A stretch of 64,000 bases of DNA from positions 2,170,001 through 2,234,000 of the forward strand of contig OX597817.1 in assembly GCA_951406725.2 (NCBI GenBank). Direction: 5' to 3'. How positions within the stretch are numbered: position 1 is the first letter of the stretch; every line of letters starts with the position of its first letter. The position numbers were made by a program, and so were the translations under genes. Below the pieces are notes generated by a model. The model ran no database searches, was not told the DNA's origin, and saw only the letters and a list, made by a program, of their open reading frames with translations. Source of the DNA: Octopus vulgaris. Lineage: Eukaryota. Shown one piece after another: positions 37,778 through 50,599 of the stretch.

Positions 37778-38347
37778 ACATAAATATAAGGGAGTGACCA
37801 CTATATGGTAGACTCTAGCGCTAAAAATAGATCCGCTATGGTATTAGCCACTAAAAAATTGTTTCCAAGGAGAATTAACACAACATTTAACGTAAACGAG
37901 CAGGGCAAGTGAAAAATAACAAAAATATAGATTAACTCTGGACAATTGTTTCGCTATTAATGTATTATGCAATTTTACTTACACAACATCTATAGGTCAT
38001 CATCAGAATTTGTCTAAAATACAATTTATTAAATCGCACGCTGAATTTTAACATAACGTCAAACACACGTGTGGTTTAATCGGTTATATTCGCAGTTATG
38101 ATTCAAATTCCCTCGCTAAAAGTGCGATAAGACTTCCGGAAACAAATACTGCATAAAAGATTTACTGCAGTATAATTAAAATCACAAATAAGGGTGAAAA
38201 ATTGGATATTAATTTAATAATACCATCAATTTAACACCAAGTGGCTTAGCGCATAAAAACCAGGGATACAATAAAAAATTTATACATAAATATAAGAGAG
38301 TGACCACTATATGGTCGACTCTAGCGCTAAAAATAGATCCGCTATGG
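37778..38347. repeat. ~65-bp direct repeat (37778-37841 and 38284-38347)
   Basis: acataaatataag(g/a)gagtgaccactatatggt(a/c)gactctagcgctaaaaatagatccgctatgg. Confidence 0.85.
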
Positions 38348-38351
38348 CATA

Positions 38352-38398
<47 letters not shown>

Positions 38399-38940
38399 TT
38401 GTATGTATGTATATACAAACAATAATGGATGCAATGAAGCAAAAATCAAAATATCTCGATCCAAATATCACTGAATGTAATTTACAAAATACAGAACAAT
38501 TGATGCTGTAGCCACGTGCCTAACTTTCAGAAGCAGGCAGCACATAAATACATTTATGCAAATTGTGGTTTGAGAATTGAGTCCGGTTAACGTGAAGCAT
38601 AATAACATCAACTATCTTTGTACGAATTTCCAGAAATATAGGTATATAAACCATTACCTGCTTGATGAACAATCTTGAGAGGTAGACGTTTATTTCAACG
38701 TCAATCAACAACATTAAATTTTCAGTTAGATCTTAGCTATATCGCAGATGCCTTTGCTTTTTATCAATACAGAAACAAAAACATAACCATTTTCAGGTAC
38801 AGATATATGGTCATGCGAAACTATGTATGTAGCAATACGTACTGCTAAATACTACATTTCTGTATGAGCGTGTACGTGTGTAAATGTGCGTGCGTGTGTG
38901 CGTGTGTGTGTGTATGTGTGTTTGTGTGTGTGTATGTATG

Positions 38941-38979
<39 letters not shown>

Positions 38980-39030
38980 GGTTTCAAATTTTGTCACAAA
39001 ACCAGCAAGTTCGGGAAAGGGGGAAGTCGA

Positions 39031-41053
39031 TTAGTTAGTTAGTTAATTTGGCTCAAAAGCAAATAGCAAGGCCATGTAGGGGGACATGGAGTTAAGTACA
39101 GGGTGGGGTTCATGTAAAGAGTTCAGGCCACTTGAGGTCAAGGGAGGCTTTGAACAAAGCGGTCGTCGGCATCTTCACCATCTCGTCTGGCAGCTTGTTC
39201 CACGGATCCGCAACCCGGACGGAGAAAGCTCCTCTCCTTCGATTGAGATGAAATCGACGCAGGTAGAGCTTTTCGGAATGACCCCGCAGCCGACGCTCCG
39301 GAGCAGGAGTGAAGAACAGCTCTTTCGAGAGGTTACACTTTCCGCTTATGATGTTGTGGGCGAGAATGAGATCACCACGGCGGCGGCGTTTTTCAAGAGA
39401 ATAAAGGTCGAGCGTCCTCAGCCTTTCTTCGTAGGACAAAGTTTTGAGATCATGAACCATGCGGGTAGCCAGCTTCTGGACTCTTTCGAGATGCTGTATG
39501 TCTTTGAGGAGATAAGGAGAAGAGGCTTGAATCCCGTATTCCAATATGGGTCTCACCAGCGTGACATAGAGTGGTAGGAATATGGCTGCTGTGAGCATTC
39601 CGAATGACCGTCGAATCAAGAACAGAATTCCGCGTGCTTTGTTGGCAGCATGGACGCACTGGGCCGAAGGCGAAAAGGAAGAATCAACCAAGATACCCAG
39701 GTCCTTTACCTGATCGGTCCTCTCCAGCAGCAGACGACCCGGCTCGAAATCAAGTTGAGTTGCAGGAGGAGAGCCAACAGGCAGATGACAGCGCTTTGAC
39801 ACGTTCAGACACAGGTACCATTCGTTAGACCACCTCCAAATTTGGTGGAGGCATCGACGAAGATCCTCTATATCACCGCGAGGAGCGACCAGTTTGACAT
39901 CGTCGGCAAATAGAAGGGTGTGTTGCGTGAGGTCGTCGGGCAAGTCATTTATGAAGACTAAGAATAATAAGGGCCCAAGCACTGAACCTTGAGGCACGCC
40001 ACTGCTCGCACTGGAGACGTCGGACCGCGAACCATTAACTTGGACTTGGAAGGAGCGATCTGAGAGGAAGGCACCAACCCATCGTACAATATCCGGATGG
40101 AAACTATATGCTTGAAGCTTGACAAGTAATAGGCGGTGGTTTACCGAGTCAAAAGCTTTGGCAAAGTCCAATAAAACGATGTCAACAGCATCACTATCAT
40201 CGAGGATGCGCGTTACCAATTCTTCCATTACCAGTAAGTTGGTCAAGCATGATCTCTTCGGCACGAAGCCGTGTTGGGAATCAGTGATCGAGGCTGTGTT
40301 TAGGAGGTGGAGCATCATACTTTTCTTAAGGATGGTTTCGAACATCTTGCTGATTATTGATGTAAGGGAAACCGGTCGGTAGTTAAGCGGGTCTTCGCGG
40401 CTCCCTTTCTTGAAAATTGGGCAGATTATCGCTGTTCTCCAGTCCGCAGGTATAACACCTGTCGCCAATGACATATTGAATAGACGTGTTAAGGGCTCGC
40501 AGATGACCGGCGCCAACGCTTTGATAACCCGTGGGTGTATGCCGTCAGGGCCGTGACCCTTGTTGACATCGAGGCCTTGAATAACACGTTTGACTTCGTC
40601 CCGCGTGATGACCAATCGAAGCATTGGAGGTACCGATCTATCAAATGGAGGGGGTTCACGACCGTCATCTTGTTTGAAAATAGTTGAAAAAGCCTCGGCA
40701 AATAATTGACTCTGTTGATAAGGGTCCTCAATTGATACGCCTGTTGAGTCTACCAACGTTGCAATCTGGTTGTTCAAGCGGGAATTCCGTTGGACATGGG
40801 CAAAGAAGGTTTTTGGATTGCTACTGGCATTTGCCGCGATTTTGTATTCATAACTGAAGCGTTCTTTCTTTTCAATTTTCACGGCTCGGTCTCGTTGAGT
40901 TTTGTACACCTCAAAAGCTGCAGTCGAATCCAGATTTTTGAATTCAGCCCAAGCAATATCTCTGAGTCGAAGTTCTCGTTTAACCTTCTTCGTCACCCAG
41001 GGCTTGTGTTTCTTCTTCTTGGGAAGCCTAACGGGAACTGCCTGGTCAGTCAA
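39031..41053 (-). mobile_element. CR1/L2-group LINE, copy 2 (5'-truncated; RT frame intact) inserted into a SINE
   Basis: Uninterrupted ~650-codon frame nearly identical to copy 1; SINE halves at 38978-39033 and 41050-41200. Confidence 0.95.
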
Positions 41054-42108
41054 CCCTGTCCTCAACTAGTATGTTTCTTATCGTTCCCCGAAAGGGACCA
41101 CGTATGACCACGTCTGAATTTGAATTCAGAATGGAATGTGAAGACGGACAAAATGCCGCCAACCATTTTGTCCCGAGTGCTAACCATTCTGCCGATTCGC
41201 CGCAGTATATATAATATAATATATTTATGTCTTATCAGCCAAAACATTAAGCCATTTGAGTGGCTGACAAACTTCGTTTCGTCAATAAACTACAGCAACA
41301 ATGTTCTTCACCAGCTGTACGCTGCGAAGTCGTTCAATCTGCTACAAATATCAGCCAATTCACTCACAAAGCGTATCAAACCCTCTTACTGAAATAAATG
41401 AAGGATATATTTGACAATATAGACCTATATATTCCTATGGTCATGTGTGAAAACCCTTCATGATAATTTTGATCAAATACAGATGAACTTCGTCTAAACA
41501 AAAACAATCGCTTCTATCTACAGTAACTCTCGTTTTCACTGCGCCATCTCAATTCAAATCCTACCAAATATACTTATATAAGCTTCTTCCATCCTACGTG
41601 GTACCTTCACGCGAAACTCATGCCCCAAATTTTTATCCATACCTTGCAGAACAAGGCGTGCATGACCTATTAAATAATATTTCATGTGTCTGACGCGCAA
41701 AGATGCATACACAGACACTAACAGAAAGTCGCATACGAATAGATATTTAGCCACAAATCTATACTCGCGGTGTATGAGAAATTCTTTTTAAAAAATTCAA
41801 TGTTTTTTAAGATCGAGAAATGATTAAAGAATGTTTTATTGCAGGAGAGTGGATGATGTTATATGGAGTTTATGAGCTTTTACAAAAGTAATAGAAATGA
41901 AGTAGGAACAAAAACAAGCAACTGTACTCGGTGGAATACTTATGTAGTACATAGGTTCAAATCTTAGCTACGAATACAGAACATATCGAACACATACACG
42001 CATACATTATATTCATTGACTATATTCGGAGTTATGTGCTAAGGGGGAGGCTTGTATCAATTTTTTTCCGTATACACAGCATGTACTTTACTTCGTAAAG
42101 TACATGCT

Positions 42109-42439
42109 TTAGTTAGTTAGTTAGTTAGTTAGTTAATTTGGCTCAAAAGCAAATAGCAAGGCCATGTAGGGGGACATGGAGTTAAGTACAGGGTTGTGTT
42201 CATGTAAAGAGTTCAGGCCACTTGAGGTCCAGGGAGGCTTTGAACAAAGCGGTCGTCGGCATCTTCACCATCTCGTCTGGCAGCTTGTTCCACGGATCCG
42301 CAACCCGGACGGAGAAAGCTCCTCTCCTTCGATTGAGATGAAATCGTCGCATGGTAGAGCTTTTCGGAATGACCCCGCAGCCGACGCTCCGGAGCAGGAG
42401 TGAAGAACAGCTCTTTCGAGAAGTTACACTTCCCGCTTT
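42109..42439 (-). mobile_element. CR1/L2-group LINE, copy 3 (3' ~330 bp)
   Basis: Matches 33213-33530 with a longer TTAG tail; flanked by catgtactttact direct repeats. Confidence 0.93.
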
Positions 42440-43054
42440 ATAAACATGTACTTTACTAAAAGTTAATGATTACTCCTTCAGTTTAAACTGAAATTAAAAA
42501 AAAAAATAACTTGGTATACCAACCAATATTCAGGATGCTATACCACCAGAGACAATGAAAAGGTCACCCTAAGAAAGTATCATTCAGTCAATAAACCCAA
42601 AGAGTTGATGGCTGTAATGGCTGTACCGGATTACCTGTTGACTTCAGAATTTATTGAAGATAGTCGTGCCTTAAATGAGATCAAACCAAAGAACGTGCTA
42701 TCCAACCATGACATCTGCTGAATGAATAACAAAATAAGTCCAACACCACCACATTCCCATATAATTACCATACTTTCCATTACTCACCCTCTTCTCCACC
42801 AAATACTCACAGAAATACCCACAAAGCTCACTTTCATAGTGATCAAAAGGGATAAGCGTCCCTCTGCTGAACATCCATTAATGTTTTATTACCTGAAGAA
42901 ATGAATCCATGAAGACGATCAACCCAATGCCCATGGATACTGCGGACTACACTGTAATCATTCCGGGAATATGACTGTGATCTTAAGAGACACGTGATTT
43001 GTGGAAACGCGCGTAGCGATGCATTAAATGTTTATACATACATACATACATACA

Positions 43055-43084
<30 letters not shown>

Positions 43085-43086
<2 letters not shown>

Positions 43087-43480
43087 AGCACTTAAAATCT
43101 GCGAAAAAGAGAGTACCTATGGAAAACCGCTTCAAAACGTACAGCTTCTGCACTCAGATTATGCCTTCACGTTTATTCCTGTGCTTATTGATGCACTTGG
43201 TTCTAACTGATTAACTAAATGATTAACTGGCAATCACGAAAAGTTTGGCATTTTAGAAAAGCAAAGGATATTCTATCACGCAGTCTACAAATACAAGCTG
43301 TAAACAGAATCGTATAAATTATGTAGGAGTTCTTGGGCGATAAGGCTTACATGTTACATGCAACTCTTATCATGGTTGTTATTGGAATTCTATCGAAAGA
43401 GTTCTGCTTCTTCGTTGGCATCTAGCTTCTTTCTTAAAGGAATAAGTCAGATAATTAAAAACTAAATAAAATATCCATGT
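43085..43480 (+). mobile_element. Decayed RLE retrotransposon 3' end downstream of (CATA)n
   Basis: LKICEKESTYGKPLQNVQLLHSDYAFTFIPVLIDALGS ... SLQIQAVNRIV, homologous to 46452-46660 and 63735-63838. Confidence 0.65.
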
Positions 43481-44534
43481 TTTCGAAAGAAAAAAAAAAC
43501 AAACTAATATGTGTAAAACGTTTTAAAATGTCTCATTTTAAAGTGCATAAAATTAGCATATACCATCATTAATATAAGTTTATCTGGCACGCACGGAAAT
43601 TTACGCATGCATTGGCGAATACAAGCATACATTCATATAGACTTATAAGAAATAAAGAAATCACACAATCTCTTGTGCTAAAAGAGATATGTAACAGCAA
43701 TTTCTGATTGCAAGTACATACACATGCGCGCGCACACACACACATACACACACACACACTCACGTACATATGCATATACACTGACACACACATTCAAATT
43801 CACTGCTATATTTACAAATGCCTGGAACTGCCCTGACCCTCAAGAATACACATACAGCGCGAAATGTTTTGCATACCAACGAAAGGTTATGCATGACTAT
43901 GTTTATTTGAGAGTGAGAATGGTAGCAACGTTGAGAGGAAGTGTAATATCTCTGACCGTAAACCACTTTCATATTTTGATTTACCAACCAATCCAACATC
44001 ATGACAGAATTGCTTGTTAAAAAATAAACGAATGCTTAGAAAATTCATAAAATCACCGAGAGACAACCAAAAATGTCGATTATGCCACAAATGCCAATAA
44101 GATGTTTATAATGACTCAAGCTGCTTCAAAATACTATCTAGAATATGTAAATTATGATACGTTGTTACTAAAACAGTAAAGGAAAAATTGCACTGAGGCA
44201 AATAGCAAAAGAAAAAAACTTATGCTGTTGTGTATCTTTCATCTATTTTTTTACTAGTTTCAAGTATCGGTCTGCGGCCATTCTGGGGCACCGCATTGAC
44301 AAATTGATTCGAACAGAACTAACTCAACACGTGTCTGTTTTAAAATCTGCTGCTTATTTCATATGTCTCTTTTGCCGGCCCACTACGTTACGGGGATGTA
44401 AACAATCTAACACAGGTTGTTTCCTGCGGTGTGGGAGTGACAAATACAAATACATACACACATATACGTACATGCATACAAGCATATATACATATATGAA
44501 TACACTCCCACCCATATAATTTTATATATATACA

Positions 44535-44720
44535 AGGAGAATTCACAAAGAAACAAAAGACGAAGACAGGTGGTGTAGACAACAAACAGATGTATTAGTA
44601 TAACGCACGGGAAGTGAAAAAGTCTTTAAAGTTTCGAGTCTACGCTCTTCGACAGAGAGGAACATAGAAATAAACAGGGAGAGAAAATAAAGAATGTGTA
44701 GTGGCTAGCGATCTATCATG
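44535..44720 (-). mobile_element. Solo Penelope-like pLTR with hammerhead-like motif (44628-44656)
   Basis: Minus strand ctgTCGAAGAGcgtagaCTCGAAACttta; family assignment is from motif only. Confidence 0.5.
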
Positions 44721-44766
44721 GCTAGTGGATAGCGATATCTCCCCCTCTCTCTCTCTCTCTCTCTCG

Positions 44767-44804
<38 letters not shown>

Positions 44805-44806
<2 letters not shown>

Positions 44807-45152
44807 TCTTTACTTGTTTCAGTCATTTGACTCCGGCCATGCTGGAGCACCGCCTTTAGTCGAGCAACTCGACCCCGGGACTTATTCTTTTGTAAGCCCA
44901 GTACTTATTCTATCGGTCTCTTTTGCCGAACCGCTAAGTAACGGTTGTCAAGCAATGCTAAGGGACAAACACACACACACAAACACACACACGCATATAT
45001 ATATATACATATATACGACGGGCTTCTTTTCAGTTTCCGCCTACCAAATCCACTCACAAGGCTTTGGTCGGCCCGAGGCTATAGTAGAAGACAGTTGCCC
45101 AAGGTGCCACGCAGTGGGACTGAACCTTACTTACCACACAGCCACTCCTGCG

Positions 45153-45155
<3 letters not shown>
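44805..45155 (-). mobile_element. Near full-length tRNA-derived SINE with internal microsatellite
   Basis: Head aggcgcaggagtggctgtgtggtaag...ggttcagtcccactgcgtggcacc; tail ...aaatgactgaaacaagtaaagag; related pieces at 29070-29270, 33025-33190, 44255-44450, 45350-45460, 47895-47990. Confidence 0.8.
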
Positions 45156-45210
<55 letters not shown>

Positions 45211-45479
45211 CGTCACTAAAGTGACTGAGGGCACTAAAGTGACGTATATATTACTGCTTTTCAGTTGTAAAATTGGGAACAAACCACCCTTATTACACAC
45301 ACACGCACGCGCAGGCGCACACACACACGCACACACACAGACACACATACACGACGAGCTTTCACGCAGTTTCCGTCTATTAAACTCACTCACAAGGCAC
45401 CGTCGGCTGTTCGGTGATATGGTAGAAGACACTTTGTCCAAGGTGCCACACACTGAAGCTGAATGAATTAGCTTCCGGT

Positions 45480-45690
45480 CGCTGTTGAAAGAAACGACTC
45501 TCAGACTGTCGGAGAGCGATCGGAAAAAAGAGGATAAACTGAAGGCGCTTTATCAGGTGAATACGGTGAAATTAGTATACTTCCCAACCGAATTCTTGAA
45601 AAGCTATTTTGTTCAAATTAACAACGTAGAGACAGACATTGTCGTATTGAAAAAGCACGCCGTGTTACCGGTCAGGTCGTTTCAGCCGGA
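45480..45690 (-). mobile_element. Mariner transposase fragment (inverted copy of 47355-47565)
   Basis: Minus strand VLFQYDNVCLYVVNLNKIAFQEFGWEV...PYSPDKAPS. Confidence 0.75.
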
Positions 45691-46451
45691 TTGTTTTGTT
45701 GGACCTTACCCATCGAATGAAGGAGATGCGCGATGGTATCATGAGAGCCCCTCCATGTCTGAAGCCAATTCCCTAGAATTTTTAAGCATACAGACATGCC
45801 TGCGCCTATGTATAAATAATTTGTAGAGCATTTCCTTCAGGCAAAGTGGTAGAATCGTTAGAATCTTGGATAAAATTGCATACGATATTTATTTCGCATC
45901 TCTGTGATCTGAATTCCAGTTTTTCGGAGACCAAATTTCCCTTTCATCTTTTCCGGGTCGATAAAAAATACTACCCCAGAGCAGTAGATTGAAGCTATTA
46001 CAAGAGGTGAAACGAAGTATCTTGCAGTATCTGTTCTGGTTCTTGCGATAACTTCCATATTCATAATACTTTGGAAATCCTAGGGCTTTAGAAGCCGGAT
46101 TTGTAATCTGCGATGAAGAGGACAAGGAAGGATGAAGAATAGGACAAATTTTAAAACTTTTGTGAAATTCAATCTCTAGATGTATATTACTATTTTATTC
46201 AAGTTCCAGTTACTTTATTATAGGAAATACTAGAGAAACCATACATACATACATACATACATACATACATACATACATACATACATACATACATACATAC
46301 ATACATACATACATACATAAATACATATATACATACATACATACATACATACATACATACATAAATATATATATACATACATACATACATACATACATAC
46401 ATACATACATACATACATACATACATACATACATACATACATACATACATG

Positions 46452-46882
46452 CATATATGGTGGAATGTTCCAGTGAAAACCTCAATAAAATGTAAGCACA
46501 ATAAACCTATTATAATGATTTGGGGAAGAGAAGAGAAACTGTGTACAGTTGTGGAAATCAGCTGCCCAGCGGATGCTAACATAAGGCTGAAGGTCAATGA
46601 AAAAAAAGAATACCTACACTGAACTATTGAAAAATCTGTAAAACTTTCCAGAAGTTTATCATTTAAGTATACATGTGCATGTCTAGATAAGAAAGTGTAG
46701 GCATAAAAATACATACATAAAACAAAACATACAAATCTGCACATATACATACATACATACAAAAATACCCTGTTGTTGATGTTGAAATTCCAACGAAGGA
46801 GCCTTGGATCTAGGTTAGAAACCGGCTCTTTCTCTGTTGGCAAGAAATCTTGAAATAAAACTAAATAACGACATACATACAT
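46452..46882 (+). mobile_element. 5'-truncated, internally deleted RLE retrotransposon flanked by (CATA)n on both sides
   Basis: WWNVPVKTSIKCKHNKPIIMIWGREEKLCTVVEISCPADANIRLKVNEKK (PD-D/E endonuclease), then a jump to CKTFQKFII*; 3' UTR ends in acatacatac; upstream (CATA)n 46240-46451. Confidence 0.85.
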
Positions 46883-46899
46883 GAATTCATGCATGCAAA

Positions 46900-47888
<989 letters not shown>

Positions 47889-49868
47889 TGTTTATATTCG
47901 ACGGGCTTCGTTCAGCTTCCGCTCGTCAAATTCCCCCACACACCTTTAGTCGACCAGGATCAATAATAGAAGACATCTTCCCACGGCTGTCAGTAGTTTG
48001 ATGAGGATTGAGATACCCTATGAATAACCTACACCTTAATTAACGTGTAAAAAGCTGAGCATTTCAGAGTCACTTGTACCCTTAACGCTATTCTCACACA
48101 CACTCACCATAACACAATGTGTGCAAAAAAGCTATATCTTTATGCATGCATGTATGCAATATCGCCGAATAGTTAAGAAATCAACTTCGCAACCAGAAAG
48201 CCTGGATGCGATCCCAATTACATCTTCATCACACGTCCTTTACTTGAGCCTCAAGCGGATCCATAGTTTGTGAGTGACAATTGGTAAATAGAAGTGGCAT
48301 AGAAGCTTATTAGATATATTGTGTCCATAATTCAAATACTTTAGCTGTGATGGCAGAAAGATGTAAATAACAAAAAAAAGTAAAAGAATTAATATTTAAA
48401 TGAATAATTTTCACGTACACTTACACTCATATCTGTTTCGTTTTTTTTTTTTACGTCAGCAGTAACAAAAGACGTGGATGAAGATTGTGCCAATTTCTCT
48501 GACTTCACGATACTACTTTGGAATTTGTTGAAATACACACTTTGACGTACACGCACACGCGCACATGCATACAAATATATGTTTTATTTTGTTTTAACTA
48601 TTCTGCAAGTTTATTCGGGAAAGAAAATAAAAAAAAATGTATGATGCCTACAAATAGATAAATGTGAAGTATGAGCGGTTTAGTGATTCATTGAGAAAGA
48701 ACTTATGACACATTGAAAATAGGAAATGCCTTCTTCTGACTCTTCAACAAATGGAGCATATCACTTTGACATTTACGTTCCTGTTCTTGGCAGCAGTTCT
48801 GTCAATGCATTAATCATATTTTAAAGGGAATTTTTTAGTGGTAAATTGTTTTTGCTATCAGTTATTCAACTGACGCTGGAAGAGTGAAAATTCAAGCCTC
48901 AAATTTCTGATACTACGAGACTATATGTTTATAAATGACAGAATACATATTGTGTCCATACTAACCAGACATATCCGTCTGTGGGTATTCATTTAACCTT
49001 ATTTGATAATAGAAAAGAAAGAGATTTTGTATATCTGTTAGATACATTTTATCCCAAGCAAAGTACGAGGGGTGTTCATTAGAAATTTCCCCTGACCCAC
49101 TTCCCAAGGAATGGAATAAACGAAACTTGGTATTATTATTAGTCCTTCTCTACATATCCACCACCAATGGTGACGCACATTTCCCATCGCTTTATGCAGC
49201 TGTGAAGAATATGAATAACCTTGCACCAGTAGAAATCGGTAGGTTGCGTCTGGAGCCAAGACTTTTACTCGGAAATTTGTTGTTTTTTAACTGTATATTA
49301 TCTCCATTGCTCGCACAGCACGTGTAAATACGCTCACCACATTGCGATACAATCAACATCAGACCATCTCCGTCCCCAAACACCATGCACAAAAAAATTA
49401 AAAGTAAGTTAAGTAATACTTGTATTATTTAACTCAAGAATAACAATCGGGAAGTACGTACTTTAAACTTGTTACATAAAATGTACGAAAGACCATTTAA
49501 CAAAACCATTTAACACCAAAAATAAATGGACCGGTACCCTACGAAAATGATGACCGTCGAAATAAAGGGCCGGACGTTATTCCTCATGTCAGGCAAACAA
49601 AATCAAAAAAGCATAAATGAAGAATATATTTCAATCCTATACGCTTATTTTACAGCTGTGCTCTACCCAAAGAGCGAAACACACAACAACATATACATAT
49701 AGAATCTGGAAGAAAAATAACCTAGATAAAAACTTGGATACAGCAATGAACCCTGATAAACTAGCTAACATACGAAGATATATTCTCAATATATATATCA
49801 GAAATAGAAATGCAAATTCCTATTATGAAATGAAACGTCTTTGTAATATAATCTTTTGCTTTCTGTAA

Positions 49869-50176
49869 GATTAAGAACGCTCTTTTTGAAAGAACAAGCG
49901 ATAATCACTCAACATATTTCAACTAAAGCGCCTCTCCTATTCGAATTTTAAAATAGGATAACACATTGAAATTTAATGAAAGAACGGGATACTGTAAAAC
50001 GCTTACAATGATTTTTTAAAAATATTCTTACATTGCATATCAAACTAGGGTCTGTAAGCGATCAGCGTGATGTTTTAAGTAGCTGATTTCCATTATGAAG
50101 TTCGGAGATGAAAGGAAATTTAGTTGAAATATGATGTGATTATTGTTTGTTACTTCAAAAAGAGCGTTCTTAATCT
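49869..50176. mobile_element. Fold-back/MITE-like element with ~58-bp internal inverted arms
   Basis: gattaagaacgctctttttgaa...catatttcaactaaa mirrored by tttagttgaaatatg...ttcaaaaagagcgttcttaatc. Confidence 0.55.
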
Positions 50177-50599
50177 CAAAGAATACAAAAGATGGCACTA
50201 CAACGAAGTTCCAGTTCATAATAAGATTTTGCACTTCGCTTTTAAAGTTGACACGCTTTGTATTGGTGAGATCGTAACTCCTCTAACGTAACGCCGCGAC
50301 TTGTTTTAAATCAAATGAAATGAGAAATGACAACCCTGTTTACGCCTTTTAAGTCTGGCTAGCATAACATAAGGCACAGAAAAATTCGGTGCGTTAGAAG
50401 CTGAGAAAGGAGAAAGTAAAAACTGAGTCCTTGGTTTGCACAAAATCTGGACTTGATATGGAAATTTGATTGAGTATCATGAATTCAACATCACCGATTT
50501 AATAGGGAATTGTAGTTTCCATGTCTCTAAACGAAAAATAGTTGGAAATTGTTGCGCAATGTTACTGGTTTTAGGGGATAAATAAGTTTTCAATCACTG

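Noticed and set aside
33269-42403. Repeated plus-strand MELSTG... ORFs (33269, 39086, 42176)
   Set aside because: Antisense frames of the LINE 3' end; they recur only because the LINE is repeated, and the third is frameshifted
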